Positions 44,764 to 57,000 are shown, numbered from the whole stretch's first letter. The stretch: DNA of 61,076 bases, filler included, from Stramenopiles sp. TOSAG23-3 (GCA_900128585.1; 17 parts of 17 records of this genome joined end to end with filler, not necessarily neighbours in it); one strand, 5' to 3'. The notes: generated by a model from the sequence alone, not told the origin. Made by a program: numbers and translations.

Positions 44764-45964
44764 ATGGGAAACAAACAGGTCAAAAGCGTGTCTCAGCTGG
44801 CTAGCCTTTGTTCTGACTCTTTGGCCACTCTGAAAAAAGACAAGAATGACAAAGCTGTTCACAGTGATGAAAACGAAGAGCATTGTAAAATTATAAATGG
44901 GACGGTTCAAGCGATGAAAAATGTTATATTGGGAAAGCCAATCTCGCAGCTTAAGAAGAAAGAAGACGAGAAAGGCGAAAAGCTTTCGCCCGAACAGCGG
45001 AAAAAGTTGGCAGCTGAGTTTATCCAGAAAGAGTTGACGATGGCTCTGATCAAGAGTTTGAAAGTTTTGAGCGTTGATTGTAAACGAAACGTCGTTCTCA
45101 TATGCTCCCATTTGTCCAAAGAAGACGGCGACTACAGAGACCATATTACGCAAAATCCAGACATCTTGGAGTTCTTGGTATCGGCATATAATGACCACGA
45201 CTACACCTCTGAGACTGGAATTTCACTGTACACTGGTGATATACTCCAAGCGTTCATCCGCAACATTGGGGACCGAGTGGCAAGCGTGATCCTGATGACT
45301 GATGACAGCAACTGGTTATGGGCCTTTTTCTCCACACACGTAGATATTGCGAGCTTTGACGTGCAAACGCAGGCATTCAATACTTTGAAAGACCTGTTCC
45401 TGTCACAAAGTAATAACAAAATATGTGTGCGTGACCCCGCCGTCAAACTGATTGCAGCAAAAGAAGATCAATTTTTTGATAATTTTAATGTCATGTTGAA
45501 ATCATCTACTTTCGTGACATGCCGCCAATCCTTGCGCCTTTTGCATCAAATTCTGTTCGACCCGCAAAAGAAAACGTACAAATCAATGATGCGCTACATC
45601 ACGAACAAAAAGTATTTGAAAATCACTATGAATTTGTTGCGCGATGCCAGCGATCAAATCCAGTTCGAGGCTTTCCATCTCTTCAAAGTTTTTTGTTCTC
45701 AACCCAAAGCGGTCGCCTGAAGTTACCCGGGTGCTGTCTAAAAGGCAAAATAAGAAGGCCTTGGTGGAATTTTTAACGACGTTCAAAACAAAATTCAAAG
45801 AGATGCACTTTCAAGAGCCTGGGTCGGACGATCTGTTCCAACAAGAACTGGCCAATGTTATTGCAACCATCAGCCAGTTGGAACCGAGTGATAAAAAGCC
45901 AGCCGAAGTCATCGTAGGGCAATCCTCAGAGGAACTTGGAGCGTTTGGTGAAAAAATCAAGTAA
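44764..45964 (+). CDS. MO25/CAB39-family protein with a one-base frameshift at the T run 45689-45694
   Basis: FVTCRQSLRLL and MNLLRDASDQIQFEAFHLFKVF. Removing one T restores VFVLNPK and joins the 45644..45964 ORF. Confidence 0.88.
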
Positions 45965-46842
45965 AGCAGTGCCCCAGCTAATGTTATCTTACGTAAACAT
46001 AAAATACGCTTTTTCGTACATTGATAATCTTAATGGTGTGCGTTCCGCAAAACATATTCAACATGAATTCTTACGTACACGTTCCCAAAGTATTACTTCG
46101 TCTCCATACTCTCTCCCCGTTTTTAATTTTGAGCTCCAAATCATATTGTTTTTTGGGGGATGATATTTAATATATAGGTAAAAATAAGTCATAATATTTG
46201 TATACTAAAATGTGATTGCGAAGGAGACGTTGGGACAAGAGCAAGGAAGGATGCAAGTATCTTTGGCGCGGAATTGGAAAATGGTAAACGACTTTGTGCT
46301 AACTATTTCAAACGTAGAGATCTTTATGAAAAAAGGATAATTTTTATAAATTTAAACTGTCAACAGTGCTTTCTAATATATAAAATTATGCCAGTACGGT
46401 TTATTTTTCTATCACCAACGAACGAATAAGTGTTTGTTAGGGTGGCGCTTGGTCTAAATCGCCCATTTCATAACAAATTGTCCCTAGGAACCACAATTCC
46501 AAGTCATTTTAGGGCAAACAATTTATAAACGTTCGTTGAAGGACGGACATCGTGACCGGGACGTTCGCTTGATCTAAACTTATGAAGTTAGGCGATCTCC
46601 TTCCTTTCTTTTGTCATTTTCGGGCAGAATGCTTCCATACTTTGAAATTCGAGTCGGATTTTCTTTCGCGCCAAGGACACTGAACACTTTATTAAACAGG
46701 TGTCTACGATGGCATTTTACTTAAAGAAAAACAACGACGGTCNNNNNNNNNNNNNNNNNNNNNNNNNNNNNNNNNNNNNNNNNNNNTTAATTAATTAANN
46801 NNNNNNNNNNNNNNNNNNNNNNNNNNNNNNNNNNNNNNNNNN

Positions 46843-46880
46843 TCTTCTTCTTCTTCTTCTTTCTTCCTCTTCTTCTTCTT

Positions 46881-46921
<41 letters not shown>

Positions 46922-46960
46922 TTCTTCTTCTTTCTTCTTCCTCTTCTTCTTCTTCTTTCT
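46843..46960. repeat. (CTT)n-type microsatellite; similar tracts at about 21508-21566, 43130-43156, 53835-53911 and 61012-61076
   Basis: Seen directly. The tracts lie at contig ends, consistent with assembly breaks. Confidence 0.9.
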
Positions 46961-47200
46961 ATTTACATTAGAAGAGACTATCTCATCATTGAATTATTAC
47001 ATTTTCAAAAATTCAATTATATAATAGTTTTGTGCATATTAATGTTCATACTAAATATTTGATGAAGTATTGAAACATATCAGATATATGAGTGTTCATA
47101 CGATCATATATTTAGTATAGAATATGCACAATTAGGGTATTTCCGCACTTCGAGCGCTTTCTAGTTCACCTCTTTCAAGGCAGTGTTGCGAAGACGAAAC

Positions 47201-49414
47201 ATGGCAACGATCCGGCAGGACGCCCTCCAAAAAGGAAGGCGGGCGCGACAGAACGGCAAGAGTTTGCTGTTGAAGTACATGCTGTTCAAAAGTTTGGGCC
47301 CAGACAAACACTGTTTTTCAAAATTTAATTCGTTCAGGTTGTGGGAGAAGTACAAGGCCGCGCTAGAGGCGTTTGTGATCAAACGGAAACAGACCACCAC
47401 GGCCCCGCTGGAGAACTTTCAAGTCCTCGACTGTGGCGCAGGGTGGGGAATCTTATCAATTGTAATCGCTCGAATTTTGAAGGATTCGAACATTGCGAAA
47501 AGTATCAACGTTACAAAGGTTGAAGGAATGAAGCCAATCTCGGCAGCCATTCGGAGATTTTTTGCCGTCCATTCGACGGAATTCGACGTCGACTCCTCGG
47601 ACGAGGAGGAAGAACGTCAGGACGGGGGGGGGGCATGTCGCCTGACCTTCTCCTGCGCTAATTTTCTGTCGTCCCTTGCTGGCGAGAAAGAGAAACAAAA
47701 ACAGAAACAGGCTGGGAAAGCGGACGTCGTGCTGCTGGATACCATGTCCCCCATTTTTTTCACGCCGACACCCGTCGCTGGGGGGCTAGGGCACGGTATC
47801 ATAGACTGCTTAAAATCCCTTAGTGAGCACGATTTGATCACCAAAGAGACAACATTTTTTCCCTCGCAAGCGTCCATCTACTGCCAGCTGGTCAATATAC
47901 CCCCTCAAAGCTCTGTGCCGCCCATGTCATTTTGTGTGGACGAGGCGGAAGGCTTCGACATTTCCCTGTTCAACATGTTTCGGGAAACCGCGGGGGCCAG
48001 CCAGCGCCTCGACTACACCCCACTACGATGCGTTGAGCACGAAACTTTGTCTGCGCCAGTTCGCATCAGCCACATGGACTTGAAGCAGATAGCCCTGGAC
48101 GACTCAGCGAATGGAGGGTTTGAGGAGGCCTTCAGCGGTGTAGACATCGTTCGCACCGGCACGTTTAATGCGGTAGTGTACTGGTACGGGTTGAGCCTGG
48201 GTGGCGACGAGGAAACTTGCTCCTATTCTCCGACGAACGAAATGCAGCCCCTTTGTCGGCAAGGGGTGTACTTGGTGAACCGCGCCTCTGCCCGCAGTTT
48301 AGTACGCGGGGAAAAGGTGTCCTTTCGTGTCAGCTGTGACCCTGAGAAGAGGTACCCGTTTCATTTCGCGTTTTCTTCCGAGAAGGGTGATGGCGAGCCG
48401 CCCGAGGGAGAAGGCACCGATTTGCTTCTGTCCCGCGCAAAATCGAACGCTGAGGCGGCGGGAATCTCGAAAGGCATACCAGGGGTGTCCCGGTGGCATT
48501 TCAGCATGCTCTGGGACACGGAGCGGAACAGGGCTTACGACAGCGCGCTGAAGAAGACGCTGGCGCTCCGGAAGGGTGCGAAAGTGTTAGATATTGGAAC
48601 GGGGACGGGCCTGCTTGCGATGATGGCTGCTCGGGCCGGTGCCCGGACGGTCACGGCCTGCGAACTAAACGCCGCGATGGCCGCCTGCTCGCGGCTGATT
48701 GTTGAAAGGAATGGATTTTCGCCAGAACAAATAACCGTCCTCTCGCTGAATTCCAACCAGCTCAGGCTGGAGACGTTGAAGGATAGTGAAAGGTTTGACG
48801 TGTGCGTTTCTGAAATTTTGGACTGCGGCTTGCTCGGGGAGAACGTCCTGCCTTCGGTACGGGATGCCAGGACGCGGCTGCTCAAAGAAGACGCTGTTGT
48901 TATCCCCCATGCTGCCAAGGTGTACGGCATTCTGATTTCCCTGGACGTAACGCAAGGCGCCCCACTGAGCGTACTCCCGCAAAGCCGTTCCGAAGCCAGC
49001 CACAGGATGGACACTCGGGTCTTTGCCCCGTTCACGCGAACGACGACGGCCTACGAGCAAATCCGACTCGCCGACGTGAAGCACACGAAGCTGTCAGACC
49101 CATTCGTTCTGTTTCAAAACATTGACCTCGCAAGCGGATCCGCGCAACCGTCGGAGATTTTTCCGTACGTGGACGGAATCAAGGAGTCGGGCGTCGCCCA
49201 TGGCGTGGCCATCTACTTTGACCTGTACTTGGACAACGACAAAGAGATCGTGCTTTCGACTGGTCCTCAGAATCGGACGACCTGCTGGGCGCAAGCCGTT
49301 CACTTCTTCAAAAAGCCCGTCATCGTGAAGGAAGGGGACAGCATGGTTCTGAAAGCAAAGCACGATTGCCAGTCCATCTCCGTCGATCACGTTCCAGAAA
49401 ACGAAATTTTGTAA
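47201..49414 (+). CDS. Tandem-module protein arginine methyltransferase, PRMT9/PRMT7-like
   Basis: Module 2: RWHFSMLWDTERN, VLDIGTGTGLL, double-E loop SEILDCGLLGE, TCWAQ. Module 1 is degenerate (VLDCGAGWGIL). Confidence 0.88.
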   Translation: MATIRQDALQKGRRARQNGKSLLLKYMLFKSLGPDKHCFSKFNSFRLWEKYKAALEAFVIKRKQTTTAPLENFQVLDCGAGWGILSIVIARILKDSNIAKSINVTKVEGMKPISAAIRRFFAVHSTEFDVDSSDEEEERQDGGGACRLTFSCANFLSSLAGEKEKQKQKQAGKADVVLLDTMSPIFFTPTPVAGGLGHGIIDCLKSLSEHDLITKETTFFPSQASIYCQLVNIPPQSSVPPMSFCVDEAEGFDISLFNMFRETAGASQRLDYTPLRCVEHETLSAPVRISHMDLKQIALDDSANGGFEEAFSGVDIVRTGTFNAVVYWYGLSLGGDEETCSYSPTNEMQPLCRQGVYLVNRASARSLVRGEKVSFRVSCDPEKRYPFHFAFSSEKGDGEPPEGEGTDLLLSRAKSNAEAAGISKGIPGVSRWHFSMLWDTERNRAYDSALKKTLALRKGAKVLDIGTGTGLLAMMAARAGARTVTACELNAAMAACSRLIVERNGFSPEQITVLSLNSNQLRLETLKDSERFDVCVSEILDCGLLGENVLPSVRDARTRLLKEDAVVIPHAAKVYGILISLDVTQGAPLSVLPQSRSEASHRMDTRVFAPFTRTTTAYEQIRLADVKHTKLSDPFVLFQNIDLASGSAQPSEIFPYVDGIKESGVAHGVAIYFDLYLDNDKEIVLSTGPQNRTTCWAQAVHFFKKPVIVKEGDSMVLKAKHDCQSISVDHVPENEIL

Positions 49415-49707
49415 AGCGGTCCACATGCAGCAGGAAATGCTGCATAATATATGTACATTTTATTGTTTATTAAGTTCGCAAAAATGCTTTTTTTATGTAC
49501 GTAAGAATTATAATAAATAAATTATTAAACTAAGAGGAGTACGACGACGTGGGTGCCACGAAGCGACTTAAAAAAATATAATAAGCACAAAAAAATGTTC
49601 GGAGAAACTCTTGTGCTCTACAGGGGGGGGGGGGGGNNNNNNNNNNNNNNNNNNNNNNNNNNNNNNNNNNNNNNNNNGGGGGGGGGGGGGGGGGGGGGGG
49701 CTTTGAA

Positions 49708-50136
49708 CTAACACCCCTTCACGCCATCTTTCACATAACCATTCCATTTGTAGTTGTGCTCGTGGTGGTTGTCGCCGAGGCGCTTGAAACGCATGACGTC
49801 GGTCCTCAAGCTGTTCACTTTGGTTTCCCCGCTGGTAGCTTTTAAAAACTGGAGCACGTCTTCGTCCGATTTGCTCCTGGAAACTACTTCCTGAAAATTA
49901 GTTGGTTGAACGCCAAGTTTGTACAAAAGTTTCTGGTCGTTCGGGCACGGGAACTGCAAGTCTCCGGGCAGCTTTCCTTCCGTAGCAAGCTGAGCTTTAT
50001 CGGTCATTCTAGCTAAATGTGATATCCCCCCGACTTGCACACTGGACTCCCTTGGGTTCGAGTTCACCACAATACCGTTCGCACCGGATAAGGCAGCAAG
50101 GGCCAACCCCGCGTTCAACAAAACGAACTTATACAT
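49708..50136 (-). CDS. Small secreted protein with a DUF5069-like domain
   Basis: Signal peptide MYKFVLLNAGLALAALSGANG; PR...GGISHLARMTDKA...GKL...CPND...LGV...F...SDEDVLQF. Confidence 0.65.
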   Translation of the reverse strand: MYKFVLLNAGLALAALSGANGIVVNSNPRESSVQVGGISHLARMTDKAQLATEGKLPGDLQFPCPNDQKLLYKLGVQPTNFQEVVSRSKSDEDVLQFLKATSGETKVNSLRTDVMRFKRLGDNHHEHNYKWNGYVKDGVKGC

Positions 50137-50625
50137 ATATAGTTGTAAAATGCAAAACTGCAAGCTGGTGAATAAATTGTAAAGACAATACCCAATTTGT
50201 TTTATAACACTCTACAGAATTGTTTGAAAAATTGTCATACATATAATTTTCAGAACGAAAAAAGAAGAAAAAAAGAAGAAGAAGAAGAGAAAAGAAATAA
50301 TATATAGTAATCTAGCTGGTACGCCACNNNNNNNNNNNNNNNNNNNNNNNNNNNNNNNNNNNNNNNNNNNNTTAATTAATTAANNNNNNNNNNNNNNNNN
50401 NNNNNNNNNNNNNNNNNNNNNNNNNNNTTTCTTCTATTATCTTTTTTTCTCATTTTGGTTTGAGATATATTCCTCTTCTCTCTGTTGGTTTGCTTTCAAT
50501 CCCCCTGGTGGTTGTGTATATATTGGTTGGATTTTGGGTTTTCGATAATATATTTTGTTAATAATATATATATATATATCAGATCGTGAAAATAGATAGA
50601 CTGATAGATTTTCCTCCAAAAAAAT

Positions 50626-52221
50626 ATGGACGCGTTGGCAATCCATGCGGTAAAATACAGCTCCCCGGCATCGTTTAAGATGAAGGCCGGGTCGAATAGA
50701 GAAAAGAAAGAGTCGGACTCCGAAAGCAAAGACGACCGGGACCCATTCTCGCCGCCCCTGCTGAGGGCGGGGAAGAATGCCGAACAGCAACAGACGTTCC
50801 TAAGAGTTGCCAAGGAGGAGATGGAGCGGAGAAGCCGGGGTGGTGGGGTGCCGTACCAGACCCCGAAGATGGAGCCGCGCGTTAGGTTTGCGTCTGAAAA
50901 CTTTGAGCTTTCACCGAACAGGAACAGGCTGATGCGCCGGCAGGTCTCGACCGAGCTAGGGTCCAACTCCGCGCTCGAGGCGCTGTCCCTGGACTCTGGG
51001 ACAATTGCGAAGAGCAAGTCGACGATAAACTTTATGGACTTAAAAATTGACGAGCACATGACCAACGCGTACAAGGCGCGGGCAATCAAGTCGACCCCCC
51101 GGCCGGCGAACGTTTCCATGGCGAGGCCCGCGACGCCCGGGTCGCCCGCAGAGAAGGCCTTGGGGGCCGCGCCCGCCAAGCCGACGATCCCGCTAGGGGA
51201 GATCGTCGTCCCATTGGTGGACGGCATAGAAAGTATAGTCGACGACGGGTTTCAGAAATGCTTCGAGCGGCGCTCGGAGCCGTCGTGGAACTGGAACCTG
51301 TACCTGTTCGTCCCGTGGTGCGCGGGCGTTGTCCTCCGAAACTTTGTATTTTTTCCTATTCGTCTCGTCATTTGGATCGTTGGCCACGTCCTTTTCTTCA
51401 CCGCGTTTGCCCTCGGGAGCGTCTACTACTCGCTCACGGGGAACGCGGTGGCGAGGAAACGGTTCGAGGTGGGGCTGGTGAAGTTCCTCGCGTCCGCATA
51501 CGTCGTGTCTTGGTCGGGGGTCGTGAAGTTTCATGGGATACGCCCCCAGATGAAGAGGTGCGTCTTTGTCGCAAACCACTCGACGATGATCGACACGGCC
51601 ATCTTGCTCCAGCACAACGTGTACAGCCTCGTGGGGCAAATGCACAGCTCGGCGTACGTGTCCTTTATTCAACGCGTTGCCTTGCGAAGCATGAACTGCA
51701 TCTGGTTCAACCGTGGGGAGAACCGGGACCGGGCGAAGGTCAGCGACAGGCTTCGAAAGCACGCGCAGAACGAGCACGGCGACCTCCAGCCGCTTTTGAT
51801 TTTTCCCGAAGGCACCTGCGTCAACAACGATTACGTCGTGCAATTCAAGAAGACCGTGTTCGACCTCGACGAGAACATTGCGATCTGCCCTATCGCGATA
51901 AAGTACAACAAGAGCTTCGTCGACGCCTACTGGATAAGTTCGAAGGAGGGTTTTTTGATGTACTTGTTCCGCCTGATGCGGTCCTTCTGCCTGGTGTGCG
52001 ACGTTTGGTACATGGACTCGATGTACCGGAGAAAGGACGAGACCGCCATTCAGTTCGCGGGCCGGGTCCAGCAGGCCATTGCCGACCAGGCCGGGCTGAA
52101 GAATACCCAGTACGACGGGTACATGAAGTACTGGACGCCCAGCCTGCGGTACAAACGCGCCCGGCAGCTCGCGTTTGCGCACGCCGTTGTGCCGCCGAGC
52201 ATGTTGAAAAAGGCAAAGTAA
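50626..52221 (+). CDS. GPAT9: ER glycerol-3-phosphate acyltransferase (GPAT9/GPAT3-4 type)
   Basis: IVDDGFQKCF...WNWNLYL, ANHSTMID (HX4D), IWFNR, FPEGTCVNN, PIAIKY. Confidence 0.92.
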   Translation: MDALAIHAVKYSSPASFKMKAGSNREKKESDSESKDDRDPFSPPLLRAGKNAEQQQTFLRVAKEEMERRSRGGGVPYQTPKMEPRVRFASENFELSPNRNRLMRRQVSTELGSNSALEALSLDSGTIAKSKSTINFMDLKIDEHMTNAYKARAIKSTPRPANVSMARPATPGSPAEKALGAAPAKPTIPLGEIVVPLVDGIESIVDDGFQKCFERRSEPSWNWNLYLFVPWCAGVVLRNFVFFPIRLVIWIVGHVLFFTAFALGSVYYSLTGNAVARKRFEVGLVKFLASAYVVSWSGVVKFHGIRPQMKRCVFVANHSTMIDTAILLQHNVYSLVGQMHSSAYVSFIQRVALRSMNCIWFNRGENRDRAKVSDRLRKHAQNEHGDLQPLLIFPEGTCVNNDYVVQFKKTVFDLDENIAICPIAIKYNKSFVDAYWISSKEGFLMYLFRLMRSFCLVCDVWYMDSMYRRKDETAIQFAGRVQQAIADQAGLKNTQYDGYMKYWTPSLRYKRARQLAFAHAVVPPSMLKKAK

Positions 52222-52317
52222 TTTAACTTTATATCGCTAAACTGTAAAATCTATTTTACTACGCGTTTAAAGATATACACGATATTTTTAGTAATCTTGC
52301 CTGTTTTGCACTTTTTG

Positions 52318-53523
52318 TCAAATGCTCTCGTAATTGATGGACCCGTCGTCGTTCTCCGTGACTTGGATTTCTGCGTACTTCATCTTTTTGTAAATGTCCT
52401 TGTTCTTGAGGCAGTAGTTCATCATTGCGTCCACGATCGTTGTTGCCATTGCCAAAAGCGCCAGCGACGTTGTCGTGGAAATCAGCATGGTGAACAGTTC
52501 GAAACTCTTCAAATCTCCTTCTTGCAATACGACAAACACTATCCCATGACGGTTCTTTATGATTCTCTTGTCCGGGTACTTAGTCCATATCGCCTCCATC
52601 ACTTTGCTCTTTGCACCTTGCAGCTGGGTCACGGAATACGTGTACTCTATGGTGTCCAAAATCCCGCGCCAAGGCTTTGAGTTGGAGTAGTCGATGGTAA
52701 TGATAATGACCGTCCCTTCGTACCTTGCCGAATCCTCGCTGTCGTACACGGAGCTCTTGGCGTCCAGGGACGTCCCGCAGCCCGCAGGGGTGGAGATTGC
52801 AGAGAGGAGCTGGGAAATCGTGTAGTAGTCCTGCCCCCCTGGCGTTTTGTTCGGCATAATTGTTTCGTCCGTGTCGCACTTCTTCAAGTACCCTTTCATT
52901 CGAGAAACATCGCCGGACAACGACGCGTCCGTCGGCGACTGCGCAGCATGGTCCAGCATCAGCGTAAAGTCTTCCACGCCGGTCAAAAAATACTTTTCTT
53001 GTGCCGCCCGCTTCTTGTCGTGGCACGGGACAAACCCGTGGTCGCACCCAAAAGCATAAGTCTGCGTGCAAGTTTTGCCGCTCGGCGGAACCTCGCACAC
53101 CAGGCTTTGGTTGCTCTCCTGGATCCTCGTTGTGAGGAAGAAGGGAGAGGTGCCAGTGACGGGGTATACCGCTTCGATCTCCCCGTAATCCTTGCACGGG
53201 TACTGGGACGGTACCTTAACTGTCCCGTTGTACTGCGTGCAGTACGGGAGAGACGTCAACGGCGGAAAGTTGTACTCGTAATCAATGTTCTTGTTCGGAT
53301 CTCCCCCGTGAGGTGCCATAGGGGGCTGGACGCTCAGCCGTACGCTGCCTATTGGTTTCTCCGAGACAGCATATCCAAGGTGACCAATGATCTGGTAGAC
53401 AACTATGTAAAGAAATATTCCCAACTGCATGATGTAATGAAGCGTCGCAAGACGCTTGTCCTCGATCCTGATGAACTTGACCGTCGAATAGCTGCACCAG
53501 CTGCTGGAGGAAGAGGGGGGCAT
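52318..53523 (-). CDS. P2X receptor-family ion channel
   Basis: YSTVK (YxTxK) before TM1, Cys-containing ectodomain, EDFTLMLDH, RHGI...G...F before TM2 ending TIVD. Confidence 0.88.
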   Translation of the reverse strand: MPPSSSSSWCSYSTVKFIRIEDKRLATLHYIMQLGIFLYIVVYQIIGHLGYAVSEKPIGSVRLSVQPPMAPHGGDPNKNIDYEYNFPPLTSLPYCTQYNGTVKVPSQYPCKDYGEIEAVYPVTGTSPFFLTTRIQESNQSLVCEVPPSGKTCTQTYAFGCDHGFVPCHDKKRAAQEKYFLTGVEDFTLMLDHAAQSPTDASLSGDVSRMKGYLKKCDTDETIMPNKTPGGQDYYTISQLLSAISTPAGCGTSLDAKSSVYDSEDSARYEGTVIIITIDYSNSKPWRGILDTIEYTYSVTQLQGAKSKVMEAIWTKYPDKRIIKNRHGIVFVVLQEGDLKSFELFTMLISTTTSLALLAMATTIVDAMMNYCLKNKDIYKKMKYAEIQVTENDDGSINYESI

Positions 53524-54012
53524 GGTGTGTGTTTTTTTTTAAATTCTAATGGGCTCTAATTTTGTCCTTAAGCCTTTCCTGTTCCACAAACGAACTTTTT
53601 GATTTTGCTAGAAATGATAAAGAGATAACTCTGACTTAATTAGGAAAAACGGCAATAATAATATCGCCCCCCCCCCAAAAAAAAAACACAATCAACAATC
53701 TTCTGTAAAGATTACTGAATCCACTGGTTTTTAAAAAAACACAAGAAAGAAATAATAATACAGTAATAAATAAAATAATAATATAATTTATAATATTATA
53801 GTAGCTAGATGATAGATGATGATAGATGATATAGAAGAAGAAGAAGAAGAAGAAGAAGAAGAAGAAGAAGAAAGAAGAAGAAAGAAGAAGAAAGAAGAAG
53901 AAAGAAGAAGANNNNNNNNNNNNNNNNNNNNNNNNNNNNNNNNNNNNNNNNNNNNTTAATTAATTAANNNNNNNNNNNNNNNNNNNNNNNNNNNNNNNNN
54001 NNNNNNNNNNNT

Positions 54013-57000
54013 TTCAAAAATCGGTGTAAAGAATGCAACGGTAAATTCGCATGTGAAGAGTATTGCACCTCCTTAGGTCTTGTGCGACATGATGTCAAAG
54101 TATTCCATGAATCAAAACGGTTCAAAATTATAATATCTATGTGGGAAGGTATCCCAGAAAAGGATATACTGGCATTTACGAAATCATGTGGCAGAAAGCC
54201 CAGCAATGTAGGGATCATATTTGTCATGCAAAACGGAACAAAACCAGCGTTACAACCCAAAGACATGTTAAGGTACTTGAATGCTCGAGAAGAGCGATTT
54301 CGTTTATTTTTTGAAAAAAAGGTTACCTTGACTGGGGGCAGTACTACTCTTCGTGGTTATTTGTTTGCACAAATTTGCTTGGGAAATGTCCTTCAGAGCA
54401 AAAATCCGTTTGAACAGTTTGGTGTATTTTCATTGGTTCCAAAGCCAATTGCCTTAAACCCAAATAATGAAATAAGGAACAGTACCGCGTTGCAATTTTT
54501 TCTTCAATCTTTGACTGCAGTTAAGTATGCTAGACGCAGTGTCATGTGGAAGATTGGAAAATCATGGCCACATGGTGGTGTGCCGTCACTTTTTCATTTG
54601 AGTGCCATCGTTGAAAAACTGGAGAATCCTGTTGCATACATTTGTGATACTTTTACAGAACGTTTTCAATCATGCCACGAATTTTACAGGCATCCAGGAA
54701 TAGGAGTGAAAAGGTGCACTACATCATCAGTCCGTCCTGAACAAATATGCAATGACATAAAATCTGCATGGATTACTGCGTCGTCATTGTTTGGACTTGC
54801 AGGTCGAAAAATGAAACCAAGCCATGTATATTGTATGGAGTGCAAGATACGAGGTGATCACGAATATATGAAAAATCACACTCTGCACCCAATGCATTCA
54901 AGTTGTAACTTTAATGCATTAATGAACTCGCAGGATACGCTTGATTTACATAATAGTACCGACTGGTCCATCCAAGAAGAGTATTTAAATTCGAAAATAA
55001 TTGAACTTGCAAATAAACAATTGGATGACACTGTCATAAAAAAAATACTACCAATTCTAGAGGAGTTATTTGGGAAGTCAAAAGATCCGGAGAAAGAGGC
55101 GGTTTTTCGCTGGAGTGCAGGAATAACAAGGCAACAATTCGAAACGTATTTGAAGCACGAAAAACGATTAGTAACTCAACGTTACAAGAATGGGATAGCA
55201 ACATTTTCCATAAATGGCAAAGACTATGACATCGTTATGCAGAGTGTGAACACAAAGGGTGATGCCCAGATTTATAGGCGTATAATCCAGTCAAATTCTA
55301 TTCCCCGGATCTGTGTAGTTAAAACAGGGGAAGACACTGTATACGTGTCTTTTGAGGACTATATTTTGTATCGATTAAAGGTGATTGTTAATTCCAAACT
55401 GCGCTATTTGTACTTTGATGATGATAGTAATACTCTATTTATTGTCATATCATTTGACGGGGCGCCCCGAGCAAAACATTCTCATTTGCCATCACAGTTT
55501 CTATTATGTGGATCACTCCCGCAGGAAAATATTCCGGCGCATGCAGAATCAATAATGCTCATGGGATTAAGTAATTCTGCTGAAAAATCTCTGGCGGTTA
55601 CAAAACTATGTCGCGAATTTTCTATTCAATTATTGGACTTTCAAAATAAAGTGAAGTCAAATAAAATAACAATTACCAGTGCTGATGGCGAGCGAACAAT
55701 ACAGTTTGATGAAATTCAGTATATTCTAGGTGGTGACATGCCAGCAAAGGCAATGGCGCTTGGTAACGCTAAGGCTAATTCGAAACAGCCATTTTTATCA
55801 CTTGCCCATTCCAGTGTGGCATCTGAAAGTGAATATGGGATAAACGGTCGAGGGAAAAACATAAAGGGAGCCTTTGCGACTTTTACTGGGATTGACCGTG
55901 ATGATCTGATAGATTTGCAAAATGGAAAATTTAATTATACCTTCAAACATGGTGATCGGAGCACAAAAATAACGCCAAAACTTAGAAAGCTAGTGCGTAA
56001 ATTGATCGGACCTTTACCACCACAGGATTCAAAATCAACGAAGAATTGGGAGAAACGCGCTAAAGCCATATGTCAAGATTTTGGGGTTGGACTATGGAAA
56101 GTACCATTATTTCCAAACATTGATTTTTTGTTTATTGGAGAATGCGCTTTGCATTATAAAACAATTAAGGCGTTAGAGTTTATAAGTCTCACAATTATTA
56201 CCATCACTATGTGGGATCGATATAACGGTCGGGATGAGGCAATTGGTCCCTCTCTGAGAGCATATTTGGATATGCTTTCTTCTGAAAGCTGCTTTAAGTG
56301 CCAACTAATTGGTTTCGTAAAAAGTACCGAAACTATATTTAGTACCATTTTATTGAAGAAAAAATTGGATATCACGGGAACATGTCGAAAATTATTATTG
56401 TCATATTGCGCGCAAGTTAATGGGACAAGGCTACGGCTGATTGGTTACCAAGCGATCGTGATTTTAGAAAACCAAGGAACACATTTACGTATGCTACGAA
56501 CAGCTATGAAAAAAGGCAAACGAAACAAAAAGAATGCAAAAAAGAACTCACGGTTATCCGTGTCTACATTGCAAAAGAAATACGCAGTAACATTAAGTGC
56601 TATATATTGCTTTGGTATTGCAATCCGTGACCAGGTTCGCATAATGTCAGCATTTTGTCTCCGGGAAAAGGGCGAAACAGTTGAAAGTCATCAGAAGAGA
56701 GTTGATGAACATGCTAGTGACTTTTGGACAATATCAAAGCGATTGGTTTATATACAAACAAATCTTTTCTCAGGTTTGTCACGCCCTTATGATGTTGTTG
56801 CAACAACAATATGTCCAATGCTCGCAAAGGACTTAGCGAAACATCGCCTAACTGTTGGTCGTGTAGGATTAACAGAGGGGTCGGAAGCATTGAACCATAT
56901 TGCACGGGGAATAAATGTTATGACATTTGGTGATGGGGGGTGGGTTACTCGTTCAGGCTATAAGTTCCACTCTAGTAATTATATGAGAATAGAGCGACGA

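Noticed and set aside
49623-49700. Poly-G tracts as a G-quadruplex or telomeric element
   Set aside because: They flank an N gap and are typical of sequencing or scaffolding artefacts.
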